Below, in pieces: positions 1-10,680 of a stretch of DNA of 64,000 nt. The DNA comes from an uncultured Bacteroidales bacterium. Lineage in GTDB: Bacteria; Bacteroidota; Bacteroidia; Bacteroidales; GCA-2748055. The notes below the pieces were generated by a model. The model was given only the letters and a program-made list of their open reading frames with translations. It did no database searches and was not told where the DNA came from. The position numbers were made by a program, and so were the translations under genes. How positions within the stretch are numbered: position 1 is the stretch's first letter; each line of letters opens with the position of its first letter. Location: the NCBI GenBank assembly GCA_963763215.1, contig CAVXNX010000025.1:20090-84089 (forward strand), read 5' to 3'.

Positions 1-353
1 TAGCGTGGTTCATCCGGAACTTCTAAAAACAGCATAAACCGCGGGATTGGGTAAATGTCGAAAAAAATATTGAAAAAAAGATCAAAACAGCATACGAGAT
101 TTCGGGCTTTAAGCTATTAAGGGTTGAAAGGGTGATCGACATGATGGTTTTTTTGTGAATAAAATAACGTTCATTCGGAATATTATTTACTAACTTAATT
201 TTTTAGCAAATTCAATATACAGGATTTTAAGGTATTAGTACCGGTGAAGCATAGTATCCGTTGCTCCGGGATGACCAGGTCCCTCATCCCACTCGGTCAA
301 ACCGGGGACCGATCAATTACGAATCCCATAGTTGATTACATGGGCAGGCGACT

Positions 354-2127
354 ATGATAACAAGTACATCTATGAGACACAACATGAAAAAACGAAACAG
401 GACCTTATGGCTTACTGTGATACTGACCACTCTGTTCATCCTCTCTTTCTCATGCCAGAAGGCAGAGCCTCCGCAACCTGAGACAAAATTTAACGCCGCA
501 ACTTATGACGAGAATGCCCAAAACCTGGCTCAGGCCGTGAGCCGGACTCTGGCGGCTTCCGGTGATTTCCGGAGAATCATCAGGCATGAAGCGATGAAAC
601 AGGTCGACGGGGATTATGACGTGCTGCTCGGACATATCGTCGACAAGCGGATGAGTGAATATAACCCGGTTCTGAAAAAGTCGGTCTCCGACACCCGTAT
701 TGGCGATTTACTGGAAAGTAATCTCAAACCCGGAAGGACGATCATGCTGAAATCCACCTCTTCGGTCATCGATGACATGCTGAAGGCCAATCCGGATCTC
801 CAGGTCTCCATACCGGTCCATTGCGAAGACTGGGACCCGGAAACCTTTACGCCGAATGTGGCCGTGGTGGGTAGTGATTATCGTGACGGGAAAACCAAAA
901 CGGTCAAAGCGTACACTCCCGACGGAACAGTCATCGACATCTCAGCCATCGAAGAACCCACCGAACCCGTGGTGGTAGTCAGTTTGAATGAACGGAATTT
1001 ACAAGCCATTTTACCCATCGGCGGGACCACTATCCCCTCAACGCCCACGGATCTGAGTGGCGTTGTCACCGAATCGGGAATACGGTTGACCTGGAACATG
1101 CCCTCAACGTCGAACACCACCAATACCACAGGCTATTACATTTACCGGAAGGGAGCGCTCGAGACCGGATATAAAAAGATCGGGACTTCTTATGGTTATT
1201 ACAACAAATCCTATAACGACAACGACCTCGAACCCTCCAGGTCTTATTCCTACTATGTCATGGCCTATTATGGGAGCGTCCTCTCGTCTTCTTCGAACAT
1301 CATTTCCATCACGGCACCGGCCAAACCCAAACCCGTTCAATCATTCGATGCCATCCAGGTTTCGAATACCCGGGTTGAACTGCGCTGGCAGAATGATTAC
1401 AGCCAGAGCTTCAACAGCACGGAAATATACCGGTACCGTCAGGGTATCGACGCAGATTACAGGCTGCTCAGATCGTTCAGTCCGGCTTACCACTACTTAC
1501 TTCGACGATGACCTTGTGCCCGGGAAAAAGTTTACCTATAAAATTCACCATAAATCAGATCTGGGTCTTTCGAACCCAAAATACGATTTCACCCAGGTGC
1601 CTTACCGGGATATTTCCCATCCGTCACCGGTGTATATCCAGGCCATCCGGTTTAGCGACTGGTCCATTGAGGGATGGCTTGCCGGGAAACCCGAGTTTTA
1701 TGTCACCGTCGGGAACGTGAACCTGAGCACCGGAAAAACCTTCCCGATCCAGGAGAAGATTTTCCTTGAATTCAGATCCAGAACCAGTACCTACAAATTC
1801 CCCGATATCCTCGTCTTCAACTGGGATCCCGGTTTATGGTACGACATGATCACCTTCAGTGTGGTGGAACAGGATGCCGGCGGTTCCATGGATATTCATT
1901 TTAGTGCAGGATTCAATTCAAAGGATATTAAAAAGATGAACCTGACACCCGTGAGCCTGGGCCTGGATTATAAATACCAGGTCGGAAACGGAAGTGAACA
2001 ATGCGGCAATGCATTTCTGAATTATTTCGACCTGCCCGATTGCTGGTTACATTTCCCGAATTATGGGGTTCAACTGCTTGTTTCCGAAAAGAAATTTGCG
2101 GAGATCGTAAAAACCGATTTGATATAA
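354..2127 (+). CDS. Surface lipoprotein with two FN3-like domains and an uncharacterised C-terminal domain (one frameshift in this assembly)
   Basis: ORFs 354..1511 and 1192..2127 join near 1480-1490 (..LLRSFSP | LTTTYFDDDLVPGKKFTYKIHH). The leader is lipoprotein-like (..FILSFSCQK). There are two FN3-like units (LSGVVTESGIRLTWNMP..YYVMAYYG and IQVSNTRVELRWQNDY..FTYKIHH). The C-terminal ~190 aa has no motif I recognise. Confidence 0.55.
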
Positions 2128-2149
2128 TTCCAAACCTAAAGCTTATACC

Positions 2150-2776
2150 ATGAAAAGAGCAATCTGTATTCTGGCCGGAGCCCTGGTTTTTTTCCAGGTT
2201 TATTCTCAGCAGGAGCCGGCAAAACTCCTGAGATTGGAGGTGGGTCCCTGCATGCACTTTAACAGCCTGAACGAAGACAATTACCTGAGCTACATGAGCG
2301 ATTTCTCGGCTCAGAATACCTCGATGGCCGGTATCGACCTCAGGTTCAGCAGCAGTTTTAAACCCGGTCTGGATCTTATTTTCGGGGCACTGGCCGAGGT
2401 CGGCCTGGATTACCGAACGAATCCGGGATGGAATCCGGGATCCACAAATTCATCCGATTATGTCCTGAACGGGGGAGGTGTTTATGTTGGCCTTAACCCG
2501 CACACACGTGGCAAATACTTCGGCCTGGATGCAGACATCGCTGCGGGGGTGCTGGCCTATAAGGAATACCGGGTGGAATTCAACAATGTGGTGCAACCCT
2601 ACGTGGATAAGTACGATAAGAAATCGTCCTTCCTCGGGGGTATGGCCAGCCTGGGGTTTTACCTGAGGACCAATACCATCGGCATCAGCCCGGAATTTCA
2701 GGTCGTGATGGCCGGCGGGAGCAATGGCAGCTTCCTCTTTTATGGCGTGAATGTTCCCCTGACGATTTCGTTTTGA
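2150..2776 (+). CDS. Secreted hypothetical protein, probably a small outer-membrane beta-barrel
   Basis: Intact 208-aa ORF with a signal peptide (MKRAICILAGALVFFQVYSQ). It has alternating aromatic/Gly-rich strand-like segments and ends ..VNVPLTISF (aromatic C-terminus). A strong terminator follows. Confidence 0.45.
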   Translation: MKRAICILAGALVFFQVYSQQEPAKLLRLEVGPCMHFNSLNEDNYLSYMSDFSAQNTSMAGIDLRFSSSFKPGLDLIFGALAEVGLDYRTNPGWNPGSTNSSDYVLNGGGVYVGLNPHTRGKYFGLDADIAAGVLAYKEYRVEFNNVVQPYVDKYDKKSSFLGGMASLGFYLRTNTIGISPEFQVVMAGGSNGSFLFYGVNVPLTISF

Positions 2777-2827
2777 AATCCTGCTCGCCGACCGCCTCCA
2801 CAAAACGGAATCACAGGGGTTTTTGGC

Positions 2828-2862
2828 AACCCTCCCGCCCCACCCGGGAGGGTTGTTTTTTT
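2828..2862 (+). terminator. Rho-independent terminator between convergent genes
   Basis: Perfect 10-bp stem AACCCTCCCG / CGGGAGGGTT (2828-2837 and 2845-2854) with a 7-nt loop, followed by G then a 7-nt T run (2856-2862). Confidence 0.7.
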
Positions 2863-5101
2863 ACCTGACGGTGACATCCAGTTCGCCTCCATTGACCACG
2901 TCTTCATGGTTCAGGGTATATCTGTCGTATGCCTTGCCGTTCAGAGTCATTTCCCGGATGAGCGCACCGGGCTCGCTACTGCCCTTCCGAAGGATGACGA
3001 ACTCCTTGCCCTTGTATGGGGAATTGAGTTGGATGGTCACCTTGTCGAACATCGGGGTCGAGACCTGGTATTGCGGATTGCCCGGACAATCGGGATAGAT
3101 CCCCATCATCGCGAACATCAGCCAGGACGACATGGTGCCGGTGTCGTCATTTCCCGGGATCCCGTCGGTCCCGGTTCCGAAATAGGTGTCGACCAGCCGG
3201 GCGACTGTTTTCTGCGTGCGCCACTCTTCCCCCCTGACATAATTGAACAGGAAAGGGAACGCGATGTCAGGCTCATTGGACGGCTCATAATACGCACTGT
3301 CAAAAAGTCTCTGAAGCCTTCCCGTAAAGGCTTCCTCCCCTCCCATCAGCTTGATGACTCCAGGCATATCGTGAGGAACAAAGAAATCATAATGCCACGC
3401 CATGCCTTCGCAATAGCCGGGTCCGCCACTGAACTGCCATGGCATCTCGTAATAGGGCGACAGCGGATCGAAAGGTTCCACCCAACGGCCGTTGGCATAG
3501 CGCTGACGGAAAAATTTGGTCTCCGGATCGTAAAGGTGCCTGAAGCCCTGGCTCCGGCCGGCAAAGGTATCGGCAATCTCATCTTTGTGCAATGCCCTGG
3601 CGAACTGGGAGATATTCCAGTCGGCCAGGTTATATTCCTGGGTTGTGGCAACGGTCGCCCAGATGCCCTTGTGTTCAGCCTTGTAATCATAAGGGATCCA
3701 TCCGTCATGGACGAGGTAGGGAATCACGCCCCGGCGGATGTGGTGCACTTCCGGATTTCCCCACTGGGGTGAAATGTACGAATGCTCGGCATTATGCACC
3801 ATGGCCCGGAGAATGGTATCGGGATCATCATAATGAATGCCCTTCAGGTACGTGTCGGACAAAACGATGCATGCCGGATCACCAACCATGACGTGCGTTT
3901 CACGGCTGATCAGTTCCCACTGGGGTAACCAGCCGTTTTCCCGATACATGTCCATGATCGACCGGCACATCTGTTCCTGGATCTCGGGATAAGCCAGGGT
4001 GAAAAGAGGGTGGAGGGTCCGGTAGGTATCCCAGAGACTGTAGATCGTATAACGCGTGTCCCCGTCCTTTACTTTCACGGTCCGGTGACTGCCCATGGCC
4101 GGATATTCCCCGTTCACATCGTTCAGGATGTTGGGATGGCTCATGGCATGGAACAAGGCCGTGTAAAACATCTTCCGGTGTGCCGGCGTGCCTCCGTCGA
4201 CCCTGATGCGGGAAAGCATGGATTCCCATTCATTCTCCGCGTCCTTCACGACATCGCCGAAACGTATGCCTTTTGTTTCCGTTGCGAGATTCAACCTGGC
4301 ATTGCCGATGCTCACATACGAGATGCCCACCCGCATTTCCACAACCGACGAATCGGGGAAATCCCAGGATAAATACGCGCCAATATCTTCTCCCCCGGCT
4401 TCCCGCGTCAGGGTGTCGAGCGAACTGCCGGTCCACAATCCGCCTTCCGGTGCTGGCAGATCGACCTTTGCCACAAAATACACCGTGTGGTGAATGTCTT
4501 TTCCTGCGGCACAAAACTGCCCGTCTTTTTTGTAACCTTCGATCTCGGTGGCCGAAACCCTTCTGATCATGAATGTCGTGTCCTGATCGGAACGCCGGGA
4601 CAGGTCCACCAGGAGATTGGCATGACCGGCGGGGAAATGAAATCGCATCAGGGCGGATCTATCTGTGGCCGTCATTTCAACATTTATCCGGTATTTGTCG
4701 AGCATCATCCGATAATATCCAACCCTTGCCGACTCACCGGAATACGTTGAGCGGTAACCATTGAAATCCACACTGCCCATGGTGGGCATGATGACCACGC
4801 TCCCGTAATTGGGACAGCCGACACCGGCCATATTGGTGACCGCGATGCCATACATCTCCTTGTTCCCGTAAATGTAATTGGTAGGCAGCGGGACATCCTC
4901 ACCGTTGTTGACGGGATTGGGATGGACCATGCCAAACGGGCACAGCGGTCCGGGAATTTGATTGCCGGCATTTGTCGTTCCGATGAACGGATCGACCTCG
5001 TCGATGAGCCTTTCGTCCTGACTTTGCAACTGCCCTGGCTGTTTGCATCCCGCAAGGAGCAAGATGCCGAAAGCGGCCATCGAAAAAAGCATGTGTTTCA
5101 T
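2861..5101 (-). CDS. Glycoside hydrolase family 92 (alpha-mannosidase-like), secreted lipoprotein
   Basis: Intact 746-aa ORF. The leader ends LLLAGCKQ. The N-terminal DPFIGTTNAGNQIPGP..PFGMVHPNP and the overall length are typical of GH92 putative alpha-1,2-mannosidases. Confidence 0.85.
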   Translation of the reverse strand: MKHMLFSMAAFGILLLAGCKQPGQLQSQDERLIDEVDPFIGTTNAGNQIPGPLCPFGMVHPNPVNNGEDVPLPTNYIYGNKEMYGIAVTNMAGVGCPNYGSVVIMPTMGSVDFNGYRSTYSGESARVGYYRMMLDKYRINVEMTATDRSALMRFHFPAGHANLLVDLSRRSDQDTTFMIRRVSATEIEGYKKDGQFCAAGKDIHHTVYFVAKVDLPAPEGGLWTGSSLDTLTREAGGEDIGAYLSWDFPDSSVVEMRVGISYVSIGNARLNLATETKGIRFGDVVKDAENEWESMLSRIRVDGGTPAHRKMFYTALFHAMSHPNILNDVNGEYPAMGSHRTVKVKDGDTRYTIYSLWDTYRTLHPLFTLAYPEIQEQMCRSIMDMYRENGWLPQWELISRETHVMVGDPACIVLSDTYLKGIHYDDPDTILRAMVHNAEHSYISPQWGNPEVHHIRRGVIPYLVHDGWIPYDYKAEHKGIWATVATTQEYNLADWNISQFARALHKDEIADTFAGRSQGFRHLYDPETKFFRQRYANGRWVEPFDPLSPYYEMPWQFSGGPGYCEGMAWHYDFFVPHDMPGVIKLMGGEEAFTGRLQRLFDSAYYEPSNEPDIAFPFLFNYVRGEEWRTQKTVARLVDTYFGTGTDGIPGNDDTGTMSSWLMFAMMGIYPDCPGNPQYQVSTPMFDKVTIQLNSPYKGKEFVILRKGSSEPGALIREMTLNGKAYDRYTLNHEDVVNGGELDVTVR

Positions 5102-5212
5102 GGTCTGTGATTTCGGAGTAATACGGCCTCTAAGATAAGGTCAAAATATGAAAATCCCGGTTTTTTGGGAAGAAGCGTTCACGACACTCCCGTTCGCGAC
5201 CGGTGAGAGGGA

Positions 5213-6424
5213 TCATTGCCCTGAAGCAGGATGATCCGGGGGAGCATTCCCTTTCTGATCAGACACCGGTGTGTGCAAGTCACTGCCCCGGTAATATTTC
5301 AGGACCTCCCGGGCGACGAGGGAATTGCCATAATCACTCCAGTGATTGTCGTTGGGCAAAAATAAGTTATCTGCAAAGACAGCGGAAGATGGGGGATCGA
5401 TGAAGGCCGGATAGAGATTGATAAAACGGATGTGATTTTTGGCGCAGAAGGATTTCCAGCTATTCACATAATAGTCGCTGGTATCACTCCGGAGGACCTG
5501 TTCGCGCCATGGATGCACGGAAAGGGTCATCCTGACGTTCATGCTGTCGCACAGGGCTTTCAACTTTCCGATATTCTCCATCTCCAGGTGAAGCCCTTTT
5601 TCGGCAAGAGGTCTGTACCGATCATTGTAAAACCAGTTCTGCACCGAGTGGAAACCCGGGTCGGCAACCAGCTGGTCGTCGTTGAACTGATCAAAGAAGG
5701 AAATATACAGCGGCAGGAGGTTGCGGTCGGGGCTTTCCCGGGCATATTCCCTGAAATAGGCCGATTTCCGGATAAAGGACTTGAGCTGATGGCGTTTAAC
5801 CAATACGTATGACCTCCTGTAAATGAACGAATTGGACATGAAGAACCGGTTAATCGCATAAAGAACTTTCCGGACCGGGGATTGCCGGGGAACGAATTTC
5901 TCATAGACAATCTCGTTCTGCAAATCTGAAATATCGATCATGACGAGAAGATCCGTAACGGGGAGCTTTTTCTCCTCCATCAGGTATTTCGTTTTCAGAT
6001 AATAAAGCTTCGGGCTGTAACTGGCCACCGATCCATTGATGACATCGATGCCGCGTTTGGAAAGGGAATCCTGGATTATTCCGGCGGCCGTATTGGGATA
6101 TTCAATGCCGACGCCTTCCGCGTGCGAATCTCCCATGATCAGCAGCCGTGGCACATCCCGTGACACATCGACTTTGCGTACAGTGGCATCACGGCATCCC
6201 AGTGAATTCGTCCTGACATGGTAAATCCTGTTTCCCCACATCGCTAAGCAGTCTTTGTCGGGAAGCAGGGTATGATGAAGATAGTCATGTTTTGTCCTGA
6301 AAGCGTTAAAATCCCGCATATTCAGAAAATGCCCGAGGGTAAGATCAATGCCTCCAAGGACGACAATGACGAGCAGGACAGTGACGATCGTTCCCGTTTT
6401 ATGGTTCATGAATTCAGAATGCAT
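5213..6424 (-). CDS. Membrane-anchored SGNH/GDSL-type hydrolase-like protein
   Basis: Intact 403-aa ORF with an N-terminal TM helix (IVTVLLVIVVLGGI). It has a GDS block (LLIMGDSHAEGVG) and a C-terminal DxxH-like block (LPNDNHWSDYG). Confidence 0.55.
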   Translation of the reverse strand: MHSEFMNHKTGTIVTVLLVIVVLGGIDLTLGHFLNMRDFNAFRTKHDYLHHTLLPDKDCLAMWGNRIYHVRTNSLGCRDATVRKVDVSRDVPRLLIMGDSHAEGVGIEYPNTAAGIIQDSLSKRGIDVINGSVASYSPKLYYLKTKYLMEEKKLPVTDLLVMIDISDLQNEIVYEKFVPRQSPVRKVLYAINRFFMSNSFIYRRSYVLVKRHQLKSFIRKSAYFREYARESPDRNLLPLYISFFDQFNDDQLVADPGFHSVQNWFYNDRYRPLAEKGLHLEMENIGKLKALCDSMNVRMTLSVHPWREQVLRSDTSDYYVNSWKSFCAKNHIRFINLYPAFIDPPSSAVFADNLFLPNDNHWSDYGNSLVAREVLKYYRGSDLHTPVSDQKGNAPPDHPASGQ

Positions 6425-6466
6425 ATTGAAATGTGGAAAACAAGTCCGGACGGTCCCGGGCTGTTT

Positions 6467-6940
6467 TCAATCACCCAATATAGCAATTTCCTTATTAAAC
6501 CAGTTATCGAGCGTATCGATATCCGCGTCTGTCATCCGGGCTTCGGGATGTTCGATCCGGAATGACCAGAGCGGCATTTTTCGGCTTTTAACCATTCGGG
6601 CCGCATGTTTAAGCTTATCCTTTTGGGTGTCAGCACTGTATTGACCCCAGATTGAAAAATTCATATGGTCCCTGGCCTCCTTGATATGTCCCCGGAGAAA
6701 CCAGGAAACCGGTTGGACGTATGAATACCACGGGTATTGCGTTTCGTAGGAATGACAGTCGTAACACCCCTGGTGGATCAGGTATTGCACGCGTTCGGGG
6801 GGATTGGTTACAGTCATCAGGTCGAGGCTGGGATCAGTTGCGGGAACGGAACGGTCAATTCCGAAGAATTGGATAAAGATAAATACGGCAACGAGGATGA
6901 TCACGACAATCCAGATGATTTTACGTTTTTTATTTGCCAT
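6467..6940 (-). CDS. Heme-binding-domain protein (CxxCH) with an N-terminal membrane anchor
   Basis: Intact 157-aa ORF with a TM helix (IIWIVVIILVAVFIFIQFF) and a single CYDCHS (CxxCH) motif. The layout resembles the small Haem-binding-domain family. Confidence 0.55.
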   Translation of the reverse strand: MANKKRKIIWIVVIILVAVFIFIQFFGIDRSVPATDPSLDLMTVTNPPERVQYLIHQGCYDCHSYETQYPWYSYVQPVSWFLRGHIKEARDHMNFSIWGQYSADTQKDKLKHAARMVKSRKMPLWSFRIEHPEARMTDADIDTLDNWFNKEIAILGD

Positions 6941-7162
6941 GGGTCAGTGTTTTGGATTATGAATTTAACAACCATATACGTGAAAAAGATCATTTACCTA
7001 AAGAATACAGACAGGTGGAAATTTACAAAAAAGACCGCATACAGCAGTCAGTTCTCTTTATTTTGTGATATCCGGCAGGGCATTCCAGAATGGAACGCAC
7101 CACTATTTTGCAGTCTTCGCCAAAAATTTCATTAATTTTACACCCCACATTTTCCGTCATGC

Positions 7163-7906
7163 ATGAAAACACTCTGGTTGAAATTCATATCGGTTCTCTA
7201 CTGGATCTGGTTCGTCCTTTCGTCGGTGATCCTGACCCCGGTGTTGCTCCTTTTATGGGCGCTGACAGTCCTGTTCGACCGGAGGCTGGCTATCCTTCAT
7301 AAGTTTTCCTGTTTTTGGGGAGCCCAGTACATCTGGGTGAATCCGTTATGGCATCTGCACATTGCCGACAGGCATAAATTTGATGACCGCAAAGCCTGGA
7401 TCGTGATTTCAAACCACCAGAGCCTGGTTGATATCGTGGTGATATACAGCCTTTTCAAACATTTCAAGTGGACATCGAAGGCGGAAAATTTCAAGACTCC
7501 TTTCGTGGGATGGGTTTTGGCATTCAACCGGTCGGTTAAAGTCTACCGCGCCTCCCGTGATGCTTACCGGCAGTTTCGCCTGCAGGCGGAAAAAGCCCTG
7601 AACATGGGAAGCTCGCTGATGGTCTTTCCCGAAGGAACGCGGTCGCGTGACGGAAAGCTGGGAAAATTCAAGGAAGGGGCTTTCCTCCTGGCCCACCAGA
7701 CCCATACCGGGATCATTCCCATGGTTCTCGACGGCAGCGCCAAAGCGGTTCCGAAGAAAGGATGGAGCCTCACCGGCCGGGTGAATATTACCCTCCGGGT
7801 GCTCGATCCCGTCCCCTACGAGGAATTCAGCGAGCTGTCGCCCGTCGAGACCGCAGCCAGATTCAGGGAAATCATCGATGCCGAACTGCGAAAGCTCAGA
7901 TCGTGA
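7163..7906 (+). CDS. plsC: 1-acyl-sn-glycerol-3-phosphate acyltransferase
   Basis: Intact 247-aa ORF with the acyltransferase motifs NHQSLVDI (HX4D block) and VFPEGTRSRDG. Confidence 0.8.
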   Translation: MKTLWLKFISVLYWIWFVLSSVILTPVLLLLWALTVLFDRRLAILHKFSCFWGAQYIWVNPLWHLHIADRHKFDDRKAWIVISNHQSLVDIVVIYSLFKHFKWTSKAENFKTPFVGWVLAFNRSVKVYRASRDAYRQFRLQAEKALNMGSSLMVFPEGTRSRDGKLGKFKEGAFLLAHQTHTGIIPMVLDGSAKAVPKKGWSLTGRVNITLRVLDPVPYEEFSELSPVETAARFREIIDAELRKLRS

Positions 7907-7909
7907 ACC

Positions 7910-8699
7910 ATGATGACACATGCCTTGCCCGGAAAAAAAATACTCCGCCGGATGGGTTACCTGTCCGATCAGAATGGCATTCTTAACCGTTACCTTGATG
8001 AGCCGGATGCCTGGGAGGAACATCTTCAGAACTCATCCGATTTCATCCTTAAGTCGCTGAATGACAGGAATCCGGACCATGTGACCGTCCTGGGAAGCGG
8101 CTGGCTTCTCGACCTCCCGCTGGAAGGGATTTACAGCCGCTGCAAAAGCATTTCCCTGGTCGACATCAACCATCCGCCACAGGTTCTTCATCAGATCAGG
8201 AAATATCCGGGCGTTATCCCCGTTAAAGCAGATATAACCGGCGGGCTTATTGAAAAATGTTACGAACAGGTCGGGCGATGCCGGAAAACCGGTACGATGT
8301 TTGACCCCGACGCGCTGTCGGTCCCGGTTCCCGATCCTGGGATAAAAGACAGGGATGTCTTTGTGATCTCCCTGAACATCCTCGACCAGCTTGATATTTT
8401 GATCAAGGACTATATCGGGCGGTGGTTTGACCTGTCCGGTGAACCGCATGAACCGCCTGCGGGAACGGATACAGGCCGCGCACATCGGGATGGTCAGCTC
8501 GTATCCGTTCTGCATCATCGCCGACCAGGCCGAGATACTTATAAACAGTGCAGGCGGGAACGAAGAAGGCGAAAAACTCCTTTACACTCCCCTGCCCGGC
8601 GGGAGATTCAGCGAAGAATGGACCTGGAAGTTCGATAATCACTTCCGTTACCACGAAGGGTTCAAAACGTGGTTCAGGGTCAGAGCCGTAAGTTGTTAA
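7910..8699 (+). CDS. Hypothetical Rossmann/SAM-methyltransferase-like protein (one frameshift)
   Basis: ORFs 7910..8638 and 8427..8699 join near 8435-8445 (..IKDYIGRWFDLS | NRMNRLRERIQAAHIGMVSS). Methyltransferase-like blocks are VTVLGSGWLLDLP, LVDINH and FVISLNIL. It starts 4 nt after plsC. Confidence 0.35.
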
Positions 8700-8782
8700 C
8701 ACTGGTTAATATGAAGATATTGATCCCTGACCGGTTAATTTCTTTGTTGAAAAAGAAATGAAGGCACGGGATATCTTTTGGT

Positions 8783-8790
8783 TATATTTG
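8783..8790 (+). promoter_or_regulatory. Bacteroidota-type -7 promoter box (TAnnTTTG) for parE
   Basis: TATATTTG at 8783-8790, 18 nt upstream of the ATG at 8808. Confidence 0.4.
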
Positions 8791-8807
8791 TGCAAATTGA
8801 GTGGAGT

Positions 8808-10649
8808 ATGAGCGTGAACTATTCAGAAGACAGTATTAAGACCCTCGACTGGAAAGAACATATCCGGAAACGACCCGGTATGTACATCGGAAAACTCGGC
8901 GACGGGGCTTCCCCCGATGATGGGATCTACATCCTTTTAAAAGAGGTTCTCGATAACTCCATCGACGAATACATGATGGGGTTCGGGAAGACCATTGAGA
9001 TCATCATCAACGAGAAGGAAGTCACAGTGCGCGACTACGGCCGCGGCATTCCCCTCGGCAAAGTCATTGATGTGGCCTCCAGGATGAATACCGGCGCCAA
9101 GTACGACTCGAAAGTCTTTAAAAAATCCGTCGGCCTTAACGGTGTCGGGATCAAGGCGGTGAATGCCCTGTGCTCGCATTTCCGCATCGAATCGGTGCGC
9201 GAGGGGAAAGCCAAGGTCGCCACCTTCGAGATGGGAAACCTCATCGATGATACCCCGGAAGCCGAGTCGTCTAACAAAAACGGGACGATCATCAGCTTCA
9301 CCCCCGATGAGACCATGTTCGGCCGTTTCCGGTTCATCCCGGAATATGTGGATGCGATGATCAAAAATTACGTCTACCTCAACGCGGGGCTGAAGATCAA
9401 TTTCAATGGCAATGTCTTTTTTTCCCAGAACGGCCTGGCCGATCTCCTGAACGATACGATGAACGAAGAAGGGCTCTATCCGGTCATCCATCTTAAGGAT
9501 CAGGATATCGAAGTGGCCATGACCCACGGTAACCAGTACGGGGAGGAGTTTTACAGTTTCGTGAACGGGCAGCACACCACACAGGGCGGTTCTCACCTCC
9601 TGGCATTCCGCGAAGCCCTGGTGAAAACCATCCGCGATTTTTATAAAAAGGACTTTGACCCCTCCGATGTCCGGGCCTCCATCACAGCAGCCATCAGCAT
9701 CAAGGTGGAAGAACCCGTTTTCGAATCCCAGACCAAGACAAAGCTCGGCTCAAAGGATATTGGCCCCAACGGACCATCGGTGCGGAACTTCATCATGAAC
9801 TTCATGGCGACCGCCCTCGATAATTACCTTCACAAAAATTCCGACACGGCAGCTATCCTGCTCAAAAAGATCCAGGAGTCGGAAAAAGAACGAAAGGCCA
9901 TCTCGGGGATCCAGAAGCTCGCCCGCGAACGGGCGAAGAAAGTCAGCCTGCACAACAAAAAACTCCGCGATTGCCGCATCCATTATAATTCAAACGACGA
10001 CCGGAAAGGCGAAACCACCATTTTCATTACTGAGGGCGACTCGGCATCGGGATCCATCACCAAATCGAGGGACGTCAACATCCAGGCCGTTTTCAGCCTG
10101 AAAGGCAAACCCCTCAATACCTATGGACTGACCAAAAAGATCGTCTATGAAAACGAAGAGTTTAACCTTCTCCAGGCAGCCCTCGATATCGAAGAAGGCC
10201 TCGACACCCTGCGGTACAAGAAGGTGGTGATCGCCACCGATGCCGACGTTGACGGGATGCACATCCGGCTCCTGCTGTTAACCTTCTTCCTGCAGTTCTT
10301 CCCCAACCTGGTCAGGAACGGGCATCTGTACATCCTGAAAACCCCGTTGTTCCGCGTGAGAAACAAACAGAAAACCTACTACTGCTATAACGAGGACGAA
10401 AAGGCAATCCGCGTGAAAGAACTGGGGAGCAACCCGGAGATCACCCGGTTCAAAGGTCTCGGTGAGATTTCCCCCGATGAGTTCAGGAACTTTATCGGCA
10501 AAGAGATCAAACTGGAACCGGTCAGGCTGCATAAGGACGACAGCATCGCCGATATCCTGGAGTTCTTCATGGGCAAAAACACCCCTGAGCGGCAGGATTT
10601 TATCATCGAGAACCTGCGCATCGAGGAAGAAGTGGTCGAAGAAAATTGA
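8808..10649 (+). CDS. parE: DNA topoisomerase IV subunit B (type IIA topoisomerase ATPase subunit)
   Basis: Intact ORF. It has a GHKL ATPase N-terminus ([21 protein letters not shown]), a Toprim domain (EGDSAGG-like [10 protein letters not shown]) and [12 protein letters not shown]. At ~613 aa and directly upstream of the A subunit, it fits ParE better than GyrB. I prefer the ATG at 8808 to the TTG at 8778 because the -7 box lies inside the longer ORF. Confidence 0.85.
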   Translation: MSVNYSEDSIKTLDWKEHIRKRPGMYIGKLGDGASPDDGIYILLKEVLDNSIDEYMMGFGKTIEIIINEKEVTVRDYGRGIPLGKVIDVASRMNTGAKYDSKVFKKSVGLNGVGIKAVNALCSHFRIESVREGKAKVATFEMGNLIDDTPEAESSNKNGTIISFTPDETMFGRFRFIPEYVDAMIKNYVYLNAGLKINFNGNVFFSQNGLADLLNDTMNEEGLYPVIHLKDQDIEVAMTHGNQYGEEFYSFVNGQHTTQGGSHLLAFREALVKTIRDFYKKDFDPSDVRASITAAISIKVEEPVFESQTKTKLGSKDIGPNGPSVRNFIMNFMATALDNYLHKNSDTAAILLKKIQESEKERKAISGIQKLARERAKKVSLHNKKLRDCRIHYNSNDDRKGETTIFITEGDSASGSITKSRDVNIQAVFSLKGKPLNTYGLTKKIVYENEEFNLLQAALDIEEGLDTLRYKKVVIATDADVDGMHIRLLLLTFFLQFFPNLVRNGHLYILKTPLFRVRNKQKTYYCYNEDEKAIRVKELGSNPEITRFKGLGEISPDEFRNFIGKEIKLEPVRLHKDDSIADILEFFMGKNTPERQDFIIENLRIEEEVVEEN

Positions 10650-10680
10650 CCCTTAATCAGAACTTAGTTTTGGAGTAAAA

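Noticed and set aside
8778-8807. The TTG start at 8778 for parE given by the ORF track
   Set aside because: The extension ([10 protein letters not shown]) would contain the TATATTTG promoter box. Type IIA B subunits begin close to the ..Y.a.sI..L.gLE.. block, which follows the ATG at 8808.
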